64,000 bases of DNA from Fidelibacterota bacterium (GTDB taxonomy: Bacteria > Fidelibacterota > UBA8477 > JABMPR01). The notes under the pieces are model-generated. The model did no database searches. It had not been told where the DNA came from and saw only the letters and a list, made by a program, of their open reading frames with translations. The stretch spans positions 12,291 to 76,290 of the forward strand of contig JAIPJM010000012.1 in assembly GCA_021734255.1 (NCBI GenBank). Direction: 5' to 3'. The translations under genes were made by a program, and so were the position numbers. Below are positions 31,481 to 40,983 of this stretch, in pieces (positions within the stretch are counted from its first letter, which is position 1; the number at the start of each line of letters is the position of its first letter).

Positions 31481-32110
31481 TTATTTAGGTCCAAGTTTTA
31501 GCTCAAACCCCAGCCCGGGGATCATAATGGGGGGGTCGTCAGAGGCGGGAAACAGAATGTTTACCTCAGGGATAAAACGGAAGCGATTACCAATGACGGC
31601 TCCGAACACCACATCAGTGGCCAATAATGCCGTTACGTCTTGGGAAGACGTGGATCCCAAGAGATCGATCTCACCTTCCGATCGGACAAACATTGGTTTC
31701 ACCCCTACATACCAGTGCTTCTGTCCGGCAATGAGCATGGGATACAATCCAACAGTTCGGTGTTTGGTTTCTCCAGCACCAGAGGTCAGGGTGAAAGTGG
31801 AATAGCCCACATCAAGGGACACGATGACCGGTTTCTGGATCAATTCTACCTTGGCATCTACGAAGAGCGCCAGGGGCATAAATAGTTTGGCGCCTACATC
31901 TACCCTGTCATTAACACCCAGGCGCAGACCCACCTCTGGCAGCAGACCTGCATTGTCTTCATCGGCTCCCAGAACGGAGGCACCTGCTGACAAGCTCATT
32001 TGGCCAGCATCCAGTGTATCAGCGCTCTGGAGCGTGGAGAAGGAGATACAGGATGTCAGCATGCTGGTGGTCGTGACAAGTAACAGGAACTGCCATAATT
32101 TTTGTTTCAT
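31481..32110 (-). CDS. Putative outer-membrane lipoprotein/beta-barrel
   Basis: Lipobox LTSC; amphipathic beta strands; GAGG RBS. Confidence 0.65.
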   Translation of the reverse strand: MKQKLWQFLLLVTTTSMLTSCISFSTLQSADTLDAGQMSLSAGASVLGADEDNAGLLPEVGLRLGVNDRVDVGAKLFMPLALFVDAKVELIQKPVIVSLDVGYSTFTLTSGAGETKHRTVGLYPMLIAGQKHWYVGVKPMFVRSEGEIDLLGSTSSQDVTALLATDVVFGAVIGNRFRFIPEVNILFPASDDPPIMIPGLGFELKLGPK

Positions 32111-32229
32111 TCTTTTCGCCTCATTTTGAAGTTAGCTCTCCTTTGGTTCAGAAGTCCTAATTTAAGGATTTATCTCCACAGCAGGAAATTTTCTATCCTC
32201 AAAGCTATAGATTCTCCTTAGTTTGAGGC

Positions 32230-33063
32230 ATGCCTGCATTTATTCGCATCCTACGCCCCTTGAACCTGTTTCAGGCAGCCCTGGCTGTTTTACTTACCAC
32301 AGCCATTCTGGGACAGTTACAGGACATAAACTCGCTCATTCTGCTCATGCTGTCAGTGATACTTATCAATGGGGCTGGAAATGTGATCAATGATATATAC
32401 GACATCGATATTGATCGGATCAACAGACCAGACCGACCGCTACCATCTGGACAAATGAAATTAAGCACGGCCCGCGTCTATATGTTCAATCTGTTTACGG
32501 TGGGTGTGTTCTGTGCGGCGCTGATATCCTTGACCACCTTCTACATCGCAGCCTTAGTAGCGACCCCCTTGCTTGTTGCCTACAGCTTCAAACTGAAGCG
32601 TCTGCCCCTCATCGGGAACCTGGTGGTTTCCTTTATGCTAGGTCTGGCATTCATTTATGTCGGATCCGCCTTTGGAAAGATCTCATCCACGTTGGTCATG
32701 GCCGCCCTGGCCTTTGGGTTTACGCTTATCCGGGAGCTGGTGAAGGACCTGGAAGACATGGAGGGTGATCAGGAATCAGATGCCAAGACGCTTCCACTGG
32801 TCTGGGGTGAGAAACGAACCTTGATCCTTACCGTCCTTATTATGGGGGTCTCAGCTATCCTCTTCCTGTTACCAAGCATCATTGGTTCCTACACTATGAT
32901 ATACCTGTGGATCGTCCTCTTTGGTGTTGATCTTCCTATGATTATTGCCATGTATTTACTTTGTAAAAGCCCGGGACGTAAGACCTACGGTCGGGTACAG
33001 CTTTTTCTGAAACTTGATATTTTTATCGGATTGGTAGCTATCTATCTGGGCTGGCCAGCCTGA
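32230..33063 (+). CDS. UbiA prenyltransferase, DGGGP synthase-like
   Basis: RPLN, INDIYDIDIDRINRPDRPLPSG, RELVKDLEDMEGD..TLP. Confidence 0.85.
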   Translation: MPAFIRILRPLNLFQAALAVLLTTAILGQLQDINSLILLMLSVILINGAGNVINDIYDIDIDRINRPDRPLPSGQMKLSTARVYMFNLFTVGVFCAALISLTTFYIAALVATPLLVAYSFKLKRLPLIGNLVVSFMLGLAFIYVGSAFGKISSTLVMAALAFGFTLIRELVKDLEDMEGDQESDAKTLPLVWGEKRTLILTVLIMGVSAILFLLPSIIGSYTMIYLWIVLFGVDLPMIIAMYLLCKSPGRKTYGRVQLFLKLDIFIGLVAIYLGWPA

Positions 33064-33075
33064 CCCCCGCTTTGA

Positions 33076-33639
33076 TCAGCCCTTATCGCCAAGGAAATAT
33101 TTACGGTGATACCAGATGTATCCCATAAAGCCCCAGTAGCTGAGCAGGCTGATGACCAGGGCCGCCTTCGTGGCAATGTTGATCGTATCGACACCGCCAG
33201 AACCCAGGAGGTTACCATATTTTGACATGAGGGTCGCGGTTTCCGATTCCACGAAAAGATTGATGATCTTATCCACAGAATAGACCCCCGTTCCGATCCA
33301 TAATACCCAGTAAGACCAGGGCTTGGCCACAAACAGACCTATACCCATACCGAAGTAAACGATGAGGAAGATCAAGTGGTAGAGAATGGCTACGGTGCCG
33401 TGTTGTGGAGAACCAAAGATCTGGGCGCCTGAGTTGAGAGCCAGCGCCTCACTGATACCAGATATCAGGAAGAAGACAGCTGCAAATCGGGCCGTAAATT
33501 TAACACCCCGATATTGATCATTCCTGGGTGCAGTGTTCTCGGAAGGGTGAATCCAGGTGCCATTCTGATTCATGGCTGAGCAATAGCGACAGACGCGGGC
33601 ATCGTCCTGAATTTCTTCGGCACAGTAGGGACATTTCAT
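33076..33639 (-). CDS. Zinc-ribbon domain membrane protein
   Basis: CPYCAEEI....VCRYC followed by four TM segments. Confidence 0.8.
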   Translation of the reverse strand: MKCPYCAEEIQDDARVCRYCSAMNQNGTWIHPSENTAPRNDQYRGVKFTARFAAVFFLISGISEALALNSGAQIFGSPQHGTVAILYHLIFLIVYFGMGIGLFVAKPWSYWVLWIGTGVYSVDKIINLFVESETATLMSKYGNLLGSGGVDTINIATKAALVISLLSYWGFMGYIWYHRKYFLGDKG

Positions 33640-33866
33640 AGCGATTTCCTCACAATGGTTCCCAAGTTAATGCAAGTGCTCTGAATGTCATTCGTTGATT
33701 TTCAGGGGAGCTTGTCTATTATTATTGACGGTGATTTGCCTATGTGCGAATAAGAACTATACTATTGGTGTCTGACCTTTTAAAGGGGCAGATACGGAAC
33801 CTTGGCCTTCGCCAGGCTTTCAAGACCGTATGAATGATGAACTGAATAAGACCATAAGGAGTTAAT

Positions 33867-34298
33867 ATGGCTATTACTAGAAAAGCTTCCGCCGTATGGC
33901 GTGGGGGTTTAAAAGATGGAAATGGTGAAGTCTCTACAAGCACCGGTGTTCTGAACAACACCCCGTACAATTTTAATATGCGATTTGCTGATGAGCCGGG
34001 CACTAACCCGGAGGAGCTTATTGCTGCCGCTCATGCTGCTTGTTTTGCCATGGCCCTATCCGGACAGCTGGATAACGCAGACCTGAAGGCTGAGAGCCTG
34101 AGTGTCACGGCCAAGGTGAAGATGGAAAAGACCGATGACGGTATGACCGTAACGGAATCAAACCTTGAGCTAGTCGCCCGAATTCCTGGCGCCAGCGAAG
34201 ACGCTTTCAACACTGCCGCCGCTAATGCCAAAGCTGGTTGTCCCATATCACGCTTGTTGAATTGCGAGATCAACCTTGAGTCTCGTTTAGAGAGTTGA
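33867..34298 (+). CDS. osmC: OsmC family peroxiredoxin
   Basis: ASAVWRGGLKDGNG, GTNPEELIAAAHAACF, AKAGCPIS. Confidence 0.94.
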   Translation: MAITRKASAVWRGGLKDGNGEVSTSTGVLNNTPYNFNMRFADEPGTNPEELIAAAHAACFAMALSGQLDNADLKAESLSVTAKVKMEKTDDGMTVTESNLELVARIPGASEDAFNTAAANAKAGCPISRLLNCEINLESRLES

Positions 34299-34572
34299 TG
34301 TCCTGTGGAGTTTGAGTATAAGCCGAGGCAAATGCTTCGGCTTATCTCTCGCCGATTCAAAGCGCTGCTCCTCCCTGTTTTCGCTTGCGACATGTTGTCT
34401 GGTCGCTCGTTGTTTGACCCTCTGAAATTGTGACTGGATGTCTACCCAATATCTCACCCTTGATCAAACTTATTTAAACTCAACATTTTTTTTGACCAAG
34501 TGAACCTTATCTTGGGTGACCTTTTGTTCGGGGGCAGAGGCTAAATTTTAACTTCTGGAGATCAACTGACCC

Positions 34573-37500
34573 GTGGCTGAATTCGTCCACCTTCATAATC
34601 ATTCCCACTATTCACTTCTGGATGGCGCCGCCCGCGTTGACCAGATTATTGCCAAGCTATCTGAGCTTGATCAGAAGAGCTTTGCCCTTACGGATCACGG
34701 TAACATGTTTGGGGCTGTTGAGTTCTTCAAAAAGGCCAAAGCTGCCAATATCAAGCCCATCATTGGCATGGAGGCCTACGTCTCTCCCGGTGCTCATACA
34801 GAAAAACGTACCTACAATGAGGGTAAAAGGGCCTACCACCTGGTTATGCTGGCAAAGAATGAGACGGGTTACCGCAATCTGCTCAAATTGACCTCCTTGG
34901 CCTATTTGGATGGCTTTTATTTTAACCCTCGGGTCGATAAGGATCTGCTAAGGAAACATTCTGAGGGGATTGTTGCTACTTCCGCCTGTCTCAGTGGACA
35001 GGTCAACTATCATGCAGCCCGTGGCGACTATGATCGCGCCAGAGAACAGGCGATTGAATACGATGAAATTTTTGGTCGGGGTAACTTCTACCTTGAGCTT
35101 CAGCGTCACTTTACCCTGAATGGGAGTGAACTGGAGATGGAGGCCGTCTCCCGCGAGGTCATGAAGAAGGTGTCCAAAGACACCGGTATACCACTGGTAG
35201 CTACCAACGATGCCCACTATGTGAGTGCCGCACATCATGAAGCCCACGATGCTCTTATCTGTATCGGTCGAGGTAAATTCATCAGTGACACTCAGCGGAT
35301 GAAGTATGACACCAAGGACATCTACATTAAAAGTGCTGAAGACATGGTGGAACTATTCAAGGACGTTCCCGAGGCCATCGAAAACACGCTGAAAATAGAT
35401 GAAATGTGTCAGTTCAACCTGGAAACAGGTGTGAACCATATGCCTGAGTTTCCGATCCCTGAGGGCTTGTCACTGAATGACCACCTGGACAATGTGACAC
35501 GAGAAGGACTCGATCGACGTGTCAAGAATGTCGACTCCCAGTACACCGAACGCCTTGAATATGAGCTTGATGTGATCAAAAAGATGGGATTCCCTGGCTA
35601 CTTTCTCATTACCCATGATTTTGTCCAGTATGCCAAACAGAATCGCATACCGGTTGGTCCTGGCCGTGGATCTGCTGCAGGTAGCCTGGTGGCATATTCC
35701 CTGGGAATCACCGATCTGGACCCCCTTCAATACAACCTGCTTTTTGAACGCTTCCTGAATCCGGATCGTATCAGCATGCCTGATATTGACATTGACTTCT
35801 GCTACGACCGTAGAGAAGAAGTCATCGATTATATGCGTCATCGTTTCGGTGAAGACTCGGTCACCCAGATCATTACTTTCAACAAATTGAAGGCCCGGGC
35901 TGTCATCCGTGATGTGGGGCGCGTGCTGGAAATTCCCATTAAGGAAACTGACCGGATCGCCAAGCTGGTCCCTGAAGAACTGGGTATCAAGCTGCCCCAG
36001 GCCTTGAAAAAGAGCCCGGAATTAAAGCAGGCCTCTGAACAGGATGTGGTTCACGAGAAACTGTTTAACTTTTCCCAGGTCCTGGAAGGCATGAATCGCA
36101 ATGCCGGTAAACACGCCGCCGGTCTGGTTATCGCTCCAGGAAAACTCACAGACTATATCCCGCTTTATAAGTCACCCAAGGACGGCACGGTTACCTCGCA
36201 ATACGATATGAAAGCCATTGAAGATGTCGGCCTGATCAAGTTTGACTTCCTCGGTCTGCGCACCTTGACTGTCATCCAGGAAGCCATCGACCTGATCCAT
36301 GAGTTCAGGGGTGAAACCATAGACATCAATACCATTCCCATGGATGACAAAGCGGTTTACAAGCTATTTGCTGATGGTTTGACCATCGGGCTATTCCAGT
36401 TTGAATCCACGGGCATGCGTGAGTATCTGAAAAAATTAAAGCCAACGGCTCTTGGCGACCTCATTGCCATGAATGCCCTGTATCGACCGGGTCCCATGGG
36501 CAACATCAACGATTTCATTGATCGTAAACATGGAAAGCAGAAGGTGACCTACCTCCATCCCCTCATGGAGGATATCCTCAAAGAGACCTATGGTATCATT
36601 GTCTACCAGGAACAGGTCATGCAGCTCGGATCCGTCATTTCAGGGTTTTCACTCTCCAAAGCTGATCTCATGCGCCGTGCCATGGGTAAAAAGATCAAAG
36701 CCCTCATGGATGAAATGAAGGGCGAATTCATTTCAGGTGCCAAAAAGAATAATATCAATGAAAAGCTGTCCTCCCAGATCTGGGACCTGATCGAGAAATT
36801 TGCCCAGTATGGCTTCAACAAAAGCCACTCAGCTGCCTATTCGGTGATCGCCTATCAGACGGCTTACCTGAAAACGCATTATCCAGTGGAATTCATGGCT
36901 GCTAACTTGAGCTCGGAAAAAGACAACACGGATAAGATCCAGATGCTCCTGGCCGAATGCCGCAAACTGGGTATCACGGTTAAGCCACCCGATGTGAATA
37001 GCAGCAATGTCCGCTTCTCTCCTGGTGAGAATAAAAGCATTCTCTACGGATTGAATACGATCAAGAAGGTGGGCTCCAAAGCCGCCGAGGCTATTATGGA
37101 AGAGCGTCGGGCGAATGGTCCTTTTGAGTCGATCTTCGATTTTTGCAGCCGCGTGGACTCCCATAATCTCAACAAGGGTGTCATCGAAGCCCTGGTAGGT
37201 TCCGGTGCCATGGATACACTTCCTGGTGCCCGTTGGGAAAAGTTTATGAGTGTTGAGGATGCGGTCCATCATGGTCAACGGGTACAGACCCTGAAGAACA
37301 CCAACCAAACCGACCTTTTTGGTGGCGGTGACGGTATTATGATCAAGGAGCCTGAACTCAGTGAAGCACCATCCTGGAACAACATGGATATGCTGAACCG
37401 GGAGCGGGACTATGTGGGATTTTATCTCACGGGTCATCCTCTGGAAGGCTACGAAAGTGAGATCCAGTCTTTTTCAAATATAAATCTCCTCGATCTGGCG

Positions 37501-38013
37501 GCAGTCCGGGATGAGCAGGATGTTCGTGTGGGTGGAATTATTTCAGCGATGAAGATCCACTACGATAAACGTAATAATCAGATGGCCTTTTTTACCTTGA
37601 ATGGCCTGGATGGATCCATCGACGCCCTGACCTTCTCAGATCCCTATTCCAAATTCAAAGAGTACGTCACGAACGATTCGCTGGTGTTTGTTGAGGGTAA
37701 GATCTCAAAGCGAAGCGATGATGATGTGAAGGTTCTGGTAAATAAGGTCTTACCTATTCAGGAAGCCCAAAGCGATTACGCTCGCGAAGTTCACATCGCC
37801 TTTGATCCTGCCGTAATCAATAGTTCAGACCTGGAGACGGCCAAGGATCTGGCTCGCCGATATTCCGGGGCGTGCGACCTTGTCTTTCACTTGAAGGAAA
37901 AGGGGAACGGTGATCGGCTGATGGTCGCTCGAAATATCCGCGTTTCAGCCAACCGCACCTTTATCCTGACGCTCCGTGAAACCTTTGGGGAAGACAACGT
38001 CTGGGTGAAATAA
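34573..38013 (+). CDS. dnaE: DNA polymerase III subunit alpha
   Basis: FVHLHNHSHYSLLDG (PHP), GRGSAAGS, MPDIDIDF, KFDFLGL, YGFNKSH; no intein-sized insert. Confidence 0.98.
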   Translation: MAEFVHLHNHSHYSLLDGAARVDQIIAKLSELDQKSFALTDHGNMFGAVEFFKKAKAANIKPIIGMEAYVSPGAHTEKRTYNEGKRAYHLVMLAKNETGYRNLLKLTSLAYLDGFYFNPRVDKDLLRKHSEGIVATSACLSGQVNYHAARGDYDRAREQAIEYDEIFGRGNFYLELQRHFTLNGSELEMEAVSREVMKKVSKDTGIPLVATNDAHYVSAAHHEAHDALICIGRGKFISDTQRMKYDTKDIYIKSAEDMVELFKDVPEAIENTLKIDEMCQFNLETGVNHMPEFPIPEGLSLNDHLDNVTREGLDRRVKNVDSQYTERLEYELDVIKKMGFPGYFLITHDFVQYAKQNRIPVGPGRGSAAGSLVAYSLGITDLDPLQYNLLFERFLNPDRISMPDIDIDFCYDRREEVIDYMRHRFGEDSVTQIITFNKLKARAVIRDVGRVLEIPIKETDRIAKLVPEELGIKLPQALKKSPELKQASEQDVVHEKLFNFSQVLEGMNRNAGKHAAGLVIAPGKLTDYIPLYKSPKDGTVTSQYDMKAIEDVGLIKFDFLGLRTLTVIQEAIDLIHEFRGETIDINTIPMDDKAVYKLFADGLTIGLFQFESTGMREYLKKLKPTALGDLIAMNALYRPGPMGNINDFIDRKHGKQKVTYLHPLMEDILKETYGIIVYQEQVMQLGSVISGFSLSKADLMRRAMGKKIKALMDEMKGEFISGAKKNNINEKLSSQIWDLIEKFAQYGFNKSHSAAYSVIAYQTAYLKTHYPVEFMAANLSSEKDNTDKIQMLLAECRKLGITVKPPDVNSSNVRFSPGENKSILYGLNTIKKVGSKAAEAIMEERRANGPFESIFDFCSRVDSHNLNKGVIEALVGSGAMDTLPGARWEKFMSVEDAVHHGQRVQTLKNTNQTDLFGGGDGIMIKEPELSEAPSWNNMDMLNRERDYVGFYLTGHPLEGYESEIQSFSNINLLDLAAVRDEQDVRVGGIISAMKIHYDKRNNQMAFFTLNGLDGSIDALTFSDPYSKFKEYVTNDSLVFVEGKISKRSDDDVKVLVNKVLPIQEAQSDYAREVHIAFDPAVINSSDLETAKDLARRYSGACDLVFHLKEKGNGDRLMVARNIRVSANRTFILTLRETFGEDNVWVK

Positions 38014-38090
38014 GCCCCTCTCATGCAGTTTTAAATTCAAAGTTAGAAGTTAAAAATTCTTATCTGGAGCCTCAAACCACAAGGCCCCTT

Positions 38091-38306
38091 TTAAGTTTTA
38101 CTTACTGAGTCTTCATCATTAAATAGAAACAACTCCTCAATCGCCACATGAAAGACCTGGGCGATGTCATAAGCCAATTTCAGAGAAGGATTGTATTTCC
38201 CTTGCTCAAGAAAAACGATGGTTTCCCTGCGGACGCCAACTCGCTTTGCAAGGTCCTCCTGGGTCAAGGAGTCTCTTGCTCTTAGCTCCTTAATCCTTGT
38301 TCTCAA
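38091..38306 (-). CDS. XRE-family helix-turn-helix regulator
   Basis: [32 protein letters not shown]. Confidence 0.92.
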   Translation of the reverse strand: MRTRIKELRARDSLTQEDLAKRVGVRRETIVFLEQGKYNPSLKLAYDIAQVFHVAIEELFLFNDEDSVSKT

Positions 38307-38703
38307 AGCCTACTCCATTTCTCGAGTAGTAGAACCAGAAGCCCATGAACAAGGCGCCCATCGCGAACATGCCTATCCCGATGGGAACGATAGGATTGAA
38401 ATTCATGTTCATGCTGATGATCGCAATGAAGGCCCACATGTAGTAGCTTATCCCGAAAGCTTTTGCTTCTGCCTTCTGTTTGATCATGTCGCTGAGCTCG
38501 TCATCGGCAGGGAGCCCCAATTTTTCATTTCTGAGCCGCGCCCTGATAATAGGGATGCTGGCCACAACAATGAAAATTACAAAAATCGCTACCCCAATGT
38601 CAAAAGCAGTGAGCTCTGCCTTGCTGGTGTAGAGCATGAAGCCAGCGAAAAAGGTAACGGCCCCTGCCAGCATAGCGATAGTCAGTGTTTTAGTTTTGTT
38701 CAT
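38290..38703 (-). CDS. Membrane protein (DUF2178-like) co-encoded with the XRE regulator
   Basis: Four TM segments, DELS..IKQKA motif, AAGGAGG RBS, overlaps the XRE gene. Confidence 0.75.
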   Translation of the reverse strand: MNKTKTLTIAMLAGAVTFFAGFMLYTSKAELTAFDIGVAIFVIFIVVASIPIIRARLRNEKLGLPADDELSDMIKQKAEAKAFGISYYMWAFIAIISMNMNFNPIVPIGIGMFAMGALFMGFWFYYSRNGVGFENKD

Positions 38704-38722
38704 AGCATACCTCCTTAATGCT

Positions 38723-38786
38723 TGTTAGAAATATACAACACAATGTTAGATATATGCAACATATTTTTGTTAGAAAATTATTAACA
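38723..38786. promoter_or_regulatory. Three tandem TGTTAG-N8/9-AACA boxes, probable XRE operators
   Basis: TGTTAGAAATATACAACA (38723-38740), TGTTAGATATATGCAACA (38744-38761), TGTTAGAAAATTATTAACA (38768-38786). Confidence 0.65.
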
Positions 38787-38847
38787 ATATTTTTGACATA
38801 AGCTTTTTATAGCTATTAGAGGCAATTTTGTGTATGATGCCAGTGCT

Positions 38848-39321
38848 ATGATCGCCGTGATACAGAGAGTGAGCGAAGGTGAAGTCCGGATCAAAGGAAA
38901 ATCCCGCGGAAAGATCGGGCAGGGCTTTGTCATCCTCCTCGGTGTGGCTGACGATGATCAGAAACAAGATGCGGAATGGCTGGCCGACAAGATCGTCAAC
39001 ATGCGTATCTTTGAGGATGCCAATAACAAAATGAATCTCTCACTCAGGGACGTGGAGGGCCGTGTTCTGGTTATTTCCCAATTCACCCTCCTCGCTGACT
39101 ACAAGCGGGGACGTCGACCGGGGTTTACCCGGGCCGCTAAACCGGAGTTGGCCAATGAGCTGTACGAATATTTCATGGATCAACTCTGGATGAAAGATAT
39201 CCAGGTGGAAAAAGGTGAATTCCGAACTGAAATGCAGGTTCACATCATGAATGAAGGACCGGTTACCATGGTGCTTGACAGCACCGTCAAATTTCCCCGA
39301 GAACCAGGAGACCCGGCCTGA
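38848..39321 (+). CDS. dtd: D-aminoacyl-tRNA deacylase
   Basis: MIAVIQRV, RIFED, SQFTL, NEGPVT. Confidence 0.96.
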   Translation: MIAVIQRVSEGEVRIKGKSRGKIGQGFVILLGVADDDQKQDAEWLADKIVNMRIFEDANNKMNLSLRDVEGRVLVISQFTLLADYKRGRRPGFTRAAKPELANELYEYFMDQLWMKDIQVEKGEFRTEMQVHIMNEGPVTMVLDSTVKFPREPGDPA

Positions 39322-39365
39322 GCTTGTCATCCTGAGGCTCTCGAAGGACAAAGCGAAGGCAATCT
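39317..39365. repeat. REP-like half element containing a nested related unit
   Basis: cctgagc[ttgtcatcctgaggctctcgaaggac]aaagcgaaggcaatct; resembles the arm at 3891-3919. Confidence 0.6.
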
Positions 39366-39376
39366 AAGGTAAAACA

Positions 39377-40213
39377 ATGACACAAATCGGCCGAATGAAC
39401 AATCTGGAGATCTTACGTATCGTAGACCACGGTGCCTACCTGGAGGGCGATGCGGCAGGAGAAATTCTACTGCCCAAACGTGACCTGAACCCTGACAGTC
39501 GTGTCGGAGACCATGTGAGCGTATTCATCTATCTTGATTCAGAGGACAAGATCATTGCCACCACCAGGACACCCAAGGCACAGGTCGGTCAGTTTGCCAG
39601 CCTCAGGGTTGCAGATGTTAGCAAGGTCGGTGCATTCCTCGACTGGGGTCTTTCCAAAGATCTGCTGCTGCCCTTTCAAGAACAAAAAACCAATGTGCAT
39701 GAGGGTCAGTATTATACCGTCTATGTTTACTTTGATAAAGTAAGCGAAAGGATCGTCGCCAGCACCAAGCTGGACAAATTCATCTCAACAGACCCGCCCC
39801 CATTTCAAGCTGGAGAACAGGTTGACCTGCTGGTTGTGGCAAAAACTGATCTGGGTTATAAGACCATCATCAATCACACGCACTGGGGCCTCATATTTAA
39901 AGATGCTGTTTTTAAACCCCTGAAGATCGGATTTTCAGCAAAGGGCTTTATCCAGAAGGTCCGTCCAGATGGTAAGATCGACCTGAGTCTACGCCCACCG
40001 GGCAAGCGTCACCTGGATGCAGTGAGTCAAAAGATATTGGATAAACTGGAATCAGCAGGAGGCTTCCTGGCAATGACCGATAAAACCTCGCCTGAAGAGA
40101 TCTACGAGGTCTTTGGTATTAGCAAGAAGGTGTTTAAGCGGACCCTGGGTGGACTTTACAAGAGACGTCTCGTTCAGCTGGAACCAAAGGGCATCCGCTC
40201 AACAGAAACCTAA
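39377..40213 (+). CDS. CvfB family S1-domain RNA-binding protein
   Basis: IGRMNNL, EILLPKR, GAFLDWGLSKDLLLP, C-terminal FGISKKVFKRTLGGLYK winged helix. Confidence 0.9.
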   Translation: MTQIGRMNNLEILRIVDHGAYLEGDAAGEILLPKRDLNPDSRVGDHVSVFIYLDSEDKIIATTRTPKAQVGQFASLRVADVSKVGAFLDWGLSKDLLLPFQEQKTNVHEGQYYTVYVYFDKVSERIVASTKLDKFISTDPPPFQAGEQVDLLVVAKTDLGYKTIINHTHWGLIFKDAVFKPLKIGFSAKGFIQKVRPDGKIDLSLRPPGKRHLDAVSQKILDKLESAGGFLAMTDKTSPEEIYEVFGISKKVFKRTLGGLYKRRLVQLEPKGIRSTET

Positions 40214-40809
40214 TTCAGCTTCCGGTTGATCTTTTTGATCTCTTCCAGGATCGAATTCAGAACCTCTGTATCAGCTACAGGCTCAAGGTCACCGGACTGC
40301 TCTGATTGTTGATCACTGCGGCTAGCTTTCACCCTCGCCCTCAATTCCTGATGGAGCGAATCAAACTCAACCAATCCATCCAGCCGTCCTTCGTGGATAG
40401 CGGATTGGGGTCCCTGTCCTGCAGTTTGGACGAACAGTGAACCAATGCCGATCCAGCGATCGTAAAGGGAACGATTGAGGGTGAAGTCTGTAACGGCTGA
40501 ATAGGGAATGCTTACCTTTTTTTTGGTCAGGATGCCCTTCTGAATCATCAGTCGTTCTGATTCCACCGAGTAGTTCAGATTGATGAACCAGAGATAGCGC
40601 AGCCCAGGAGTAAGGATCCAGATTACAAGCAGAGAGTACAGTGGCCAGGGCCACATATTTCGAATGAATTGATCATTCGATACGTCTGGATCAAGTCCCA
40701 CCACCAGCAAGTGAATAATGAGAAACCCCAGTATCACAACGAGCGATATTGTCAGGAGTGTGTAGATCTCTTTTTTTAATAGCAGACTTACGTTTGGTTT
40801 GATTTCCAT
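40210..40809 (-). CDS. Bacterial PH domain (bPH_2) membrane protein
   Basis: Two TM segments, then Y.....L.IQKGIL..K...IPY..V...RWIGIGSL.VQTAG. Confidence 0.82.
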   Translation of the reverse strand: MEIKPNVSLLLKKEIYTLLTISLVVILGFLIIHLLVVGLDPDVSNDQFIRNMWPWPLYSLLVIWILTPGLRYLWFINLNYSVESERLMIQKGILTKKKVSIPYSAVTDFTLNRSLYDRWIGIGSLFVQTAGQGPQSAIHEGRLDGLVEFDSLHQELRARVKASRSDQQSEQSGDLEPVADTEVLNSILEEIKKINRKLN

Positions 40810-40846
40810 AATTACCCCCTTTGGCAATTCGTCGAGAATTAATGTC

Positions 40847-40975
40847 TGTCATCCTGAACAGAGTAGAGCGCCGTGAAGGATCTTGGTCCATTGTATCGTG
40901 ACTGGATCAAGATTCTTCCACTTCGCACTTCGCACTTCGACAGGCTCAGTGTGACAGCTCAGTGTCAGAATGACA
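40847..40975. repeat. Compound REP/MITE-like element with nested units
   Basis: TGTCATCCTGA...GAAGGATCTT left arm and AAGATTCTTC...TCAGAATGACA right arm; right arm interrupted by (CACTTCG)x3 and GCTCAGTG x2. Confidence 0.75.
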
Positions 40976-40983
40976 ATTAGTTT

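Noticed and set aside
34318..34346. Hairpin ATAAGCCGAGGCA-AA-TGCTTCGGCTTAT after osmC as a novel element
   Set aside because: Position right after the stop fits an ordinary terminator or 3' stabiliser; no second copy seen.
34573..38013. Intein in dnaE
   Set aside because: Length of 1146 aa is normal and the conserved motifs are contiguous.
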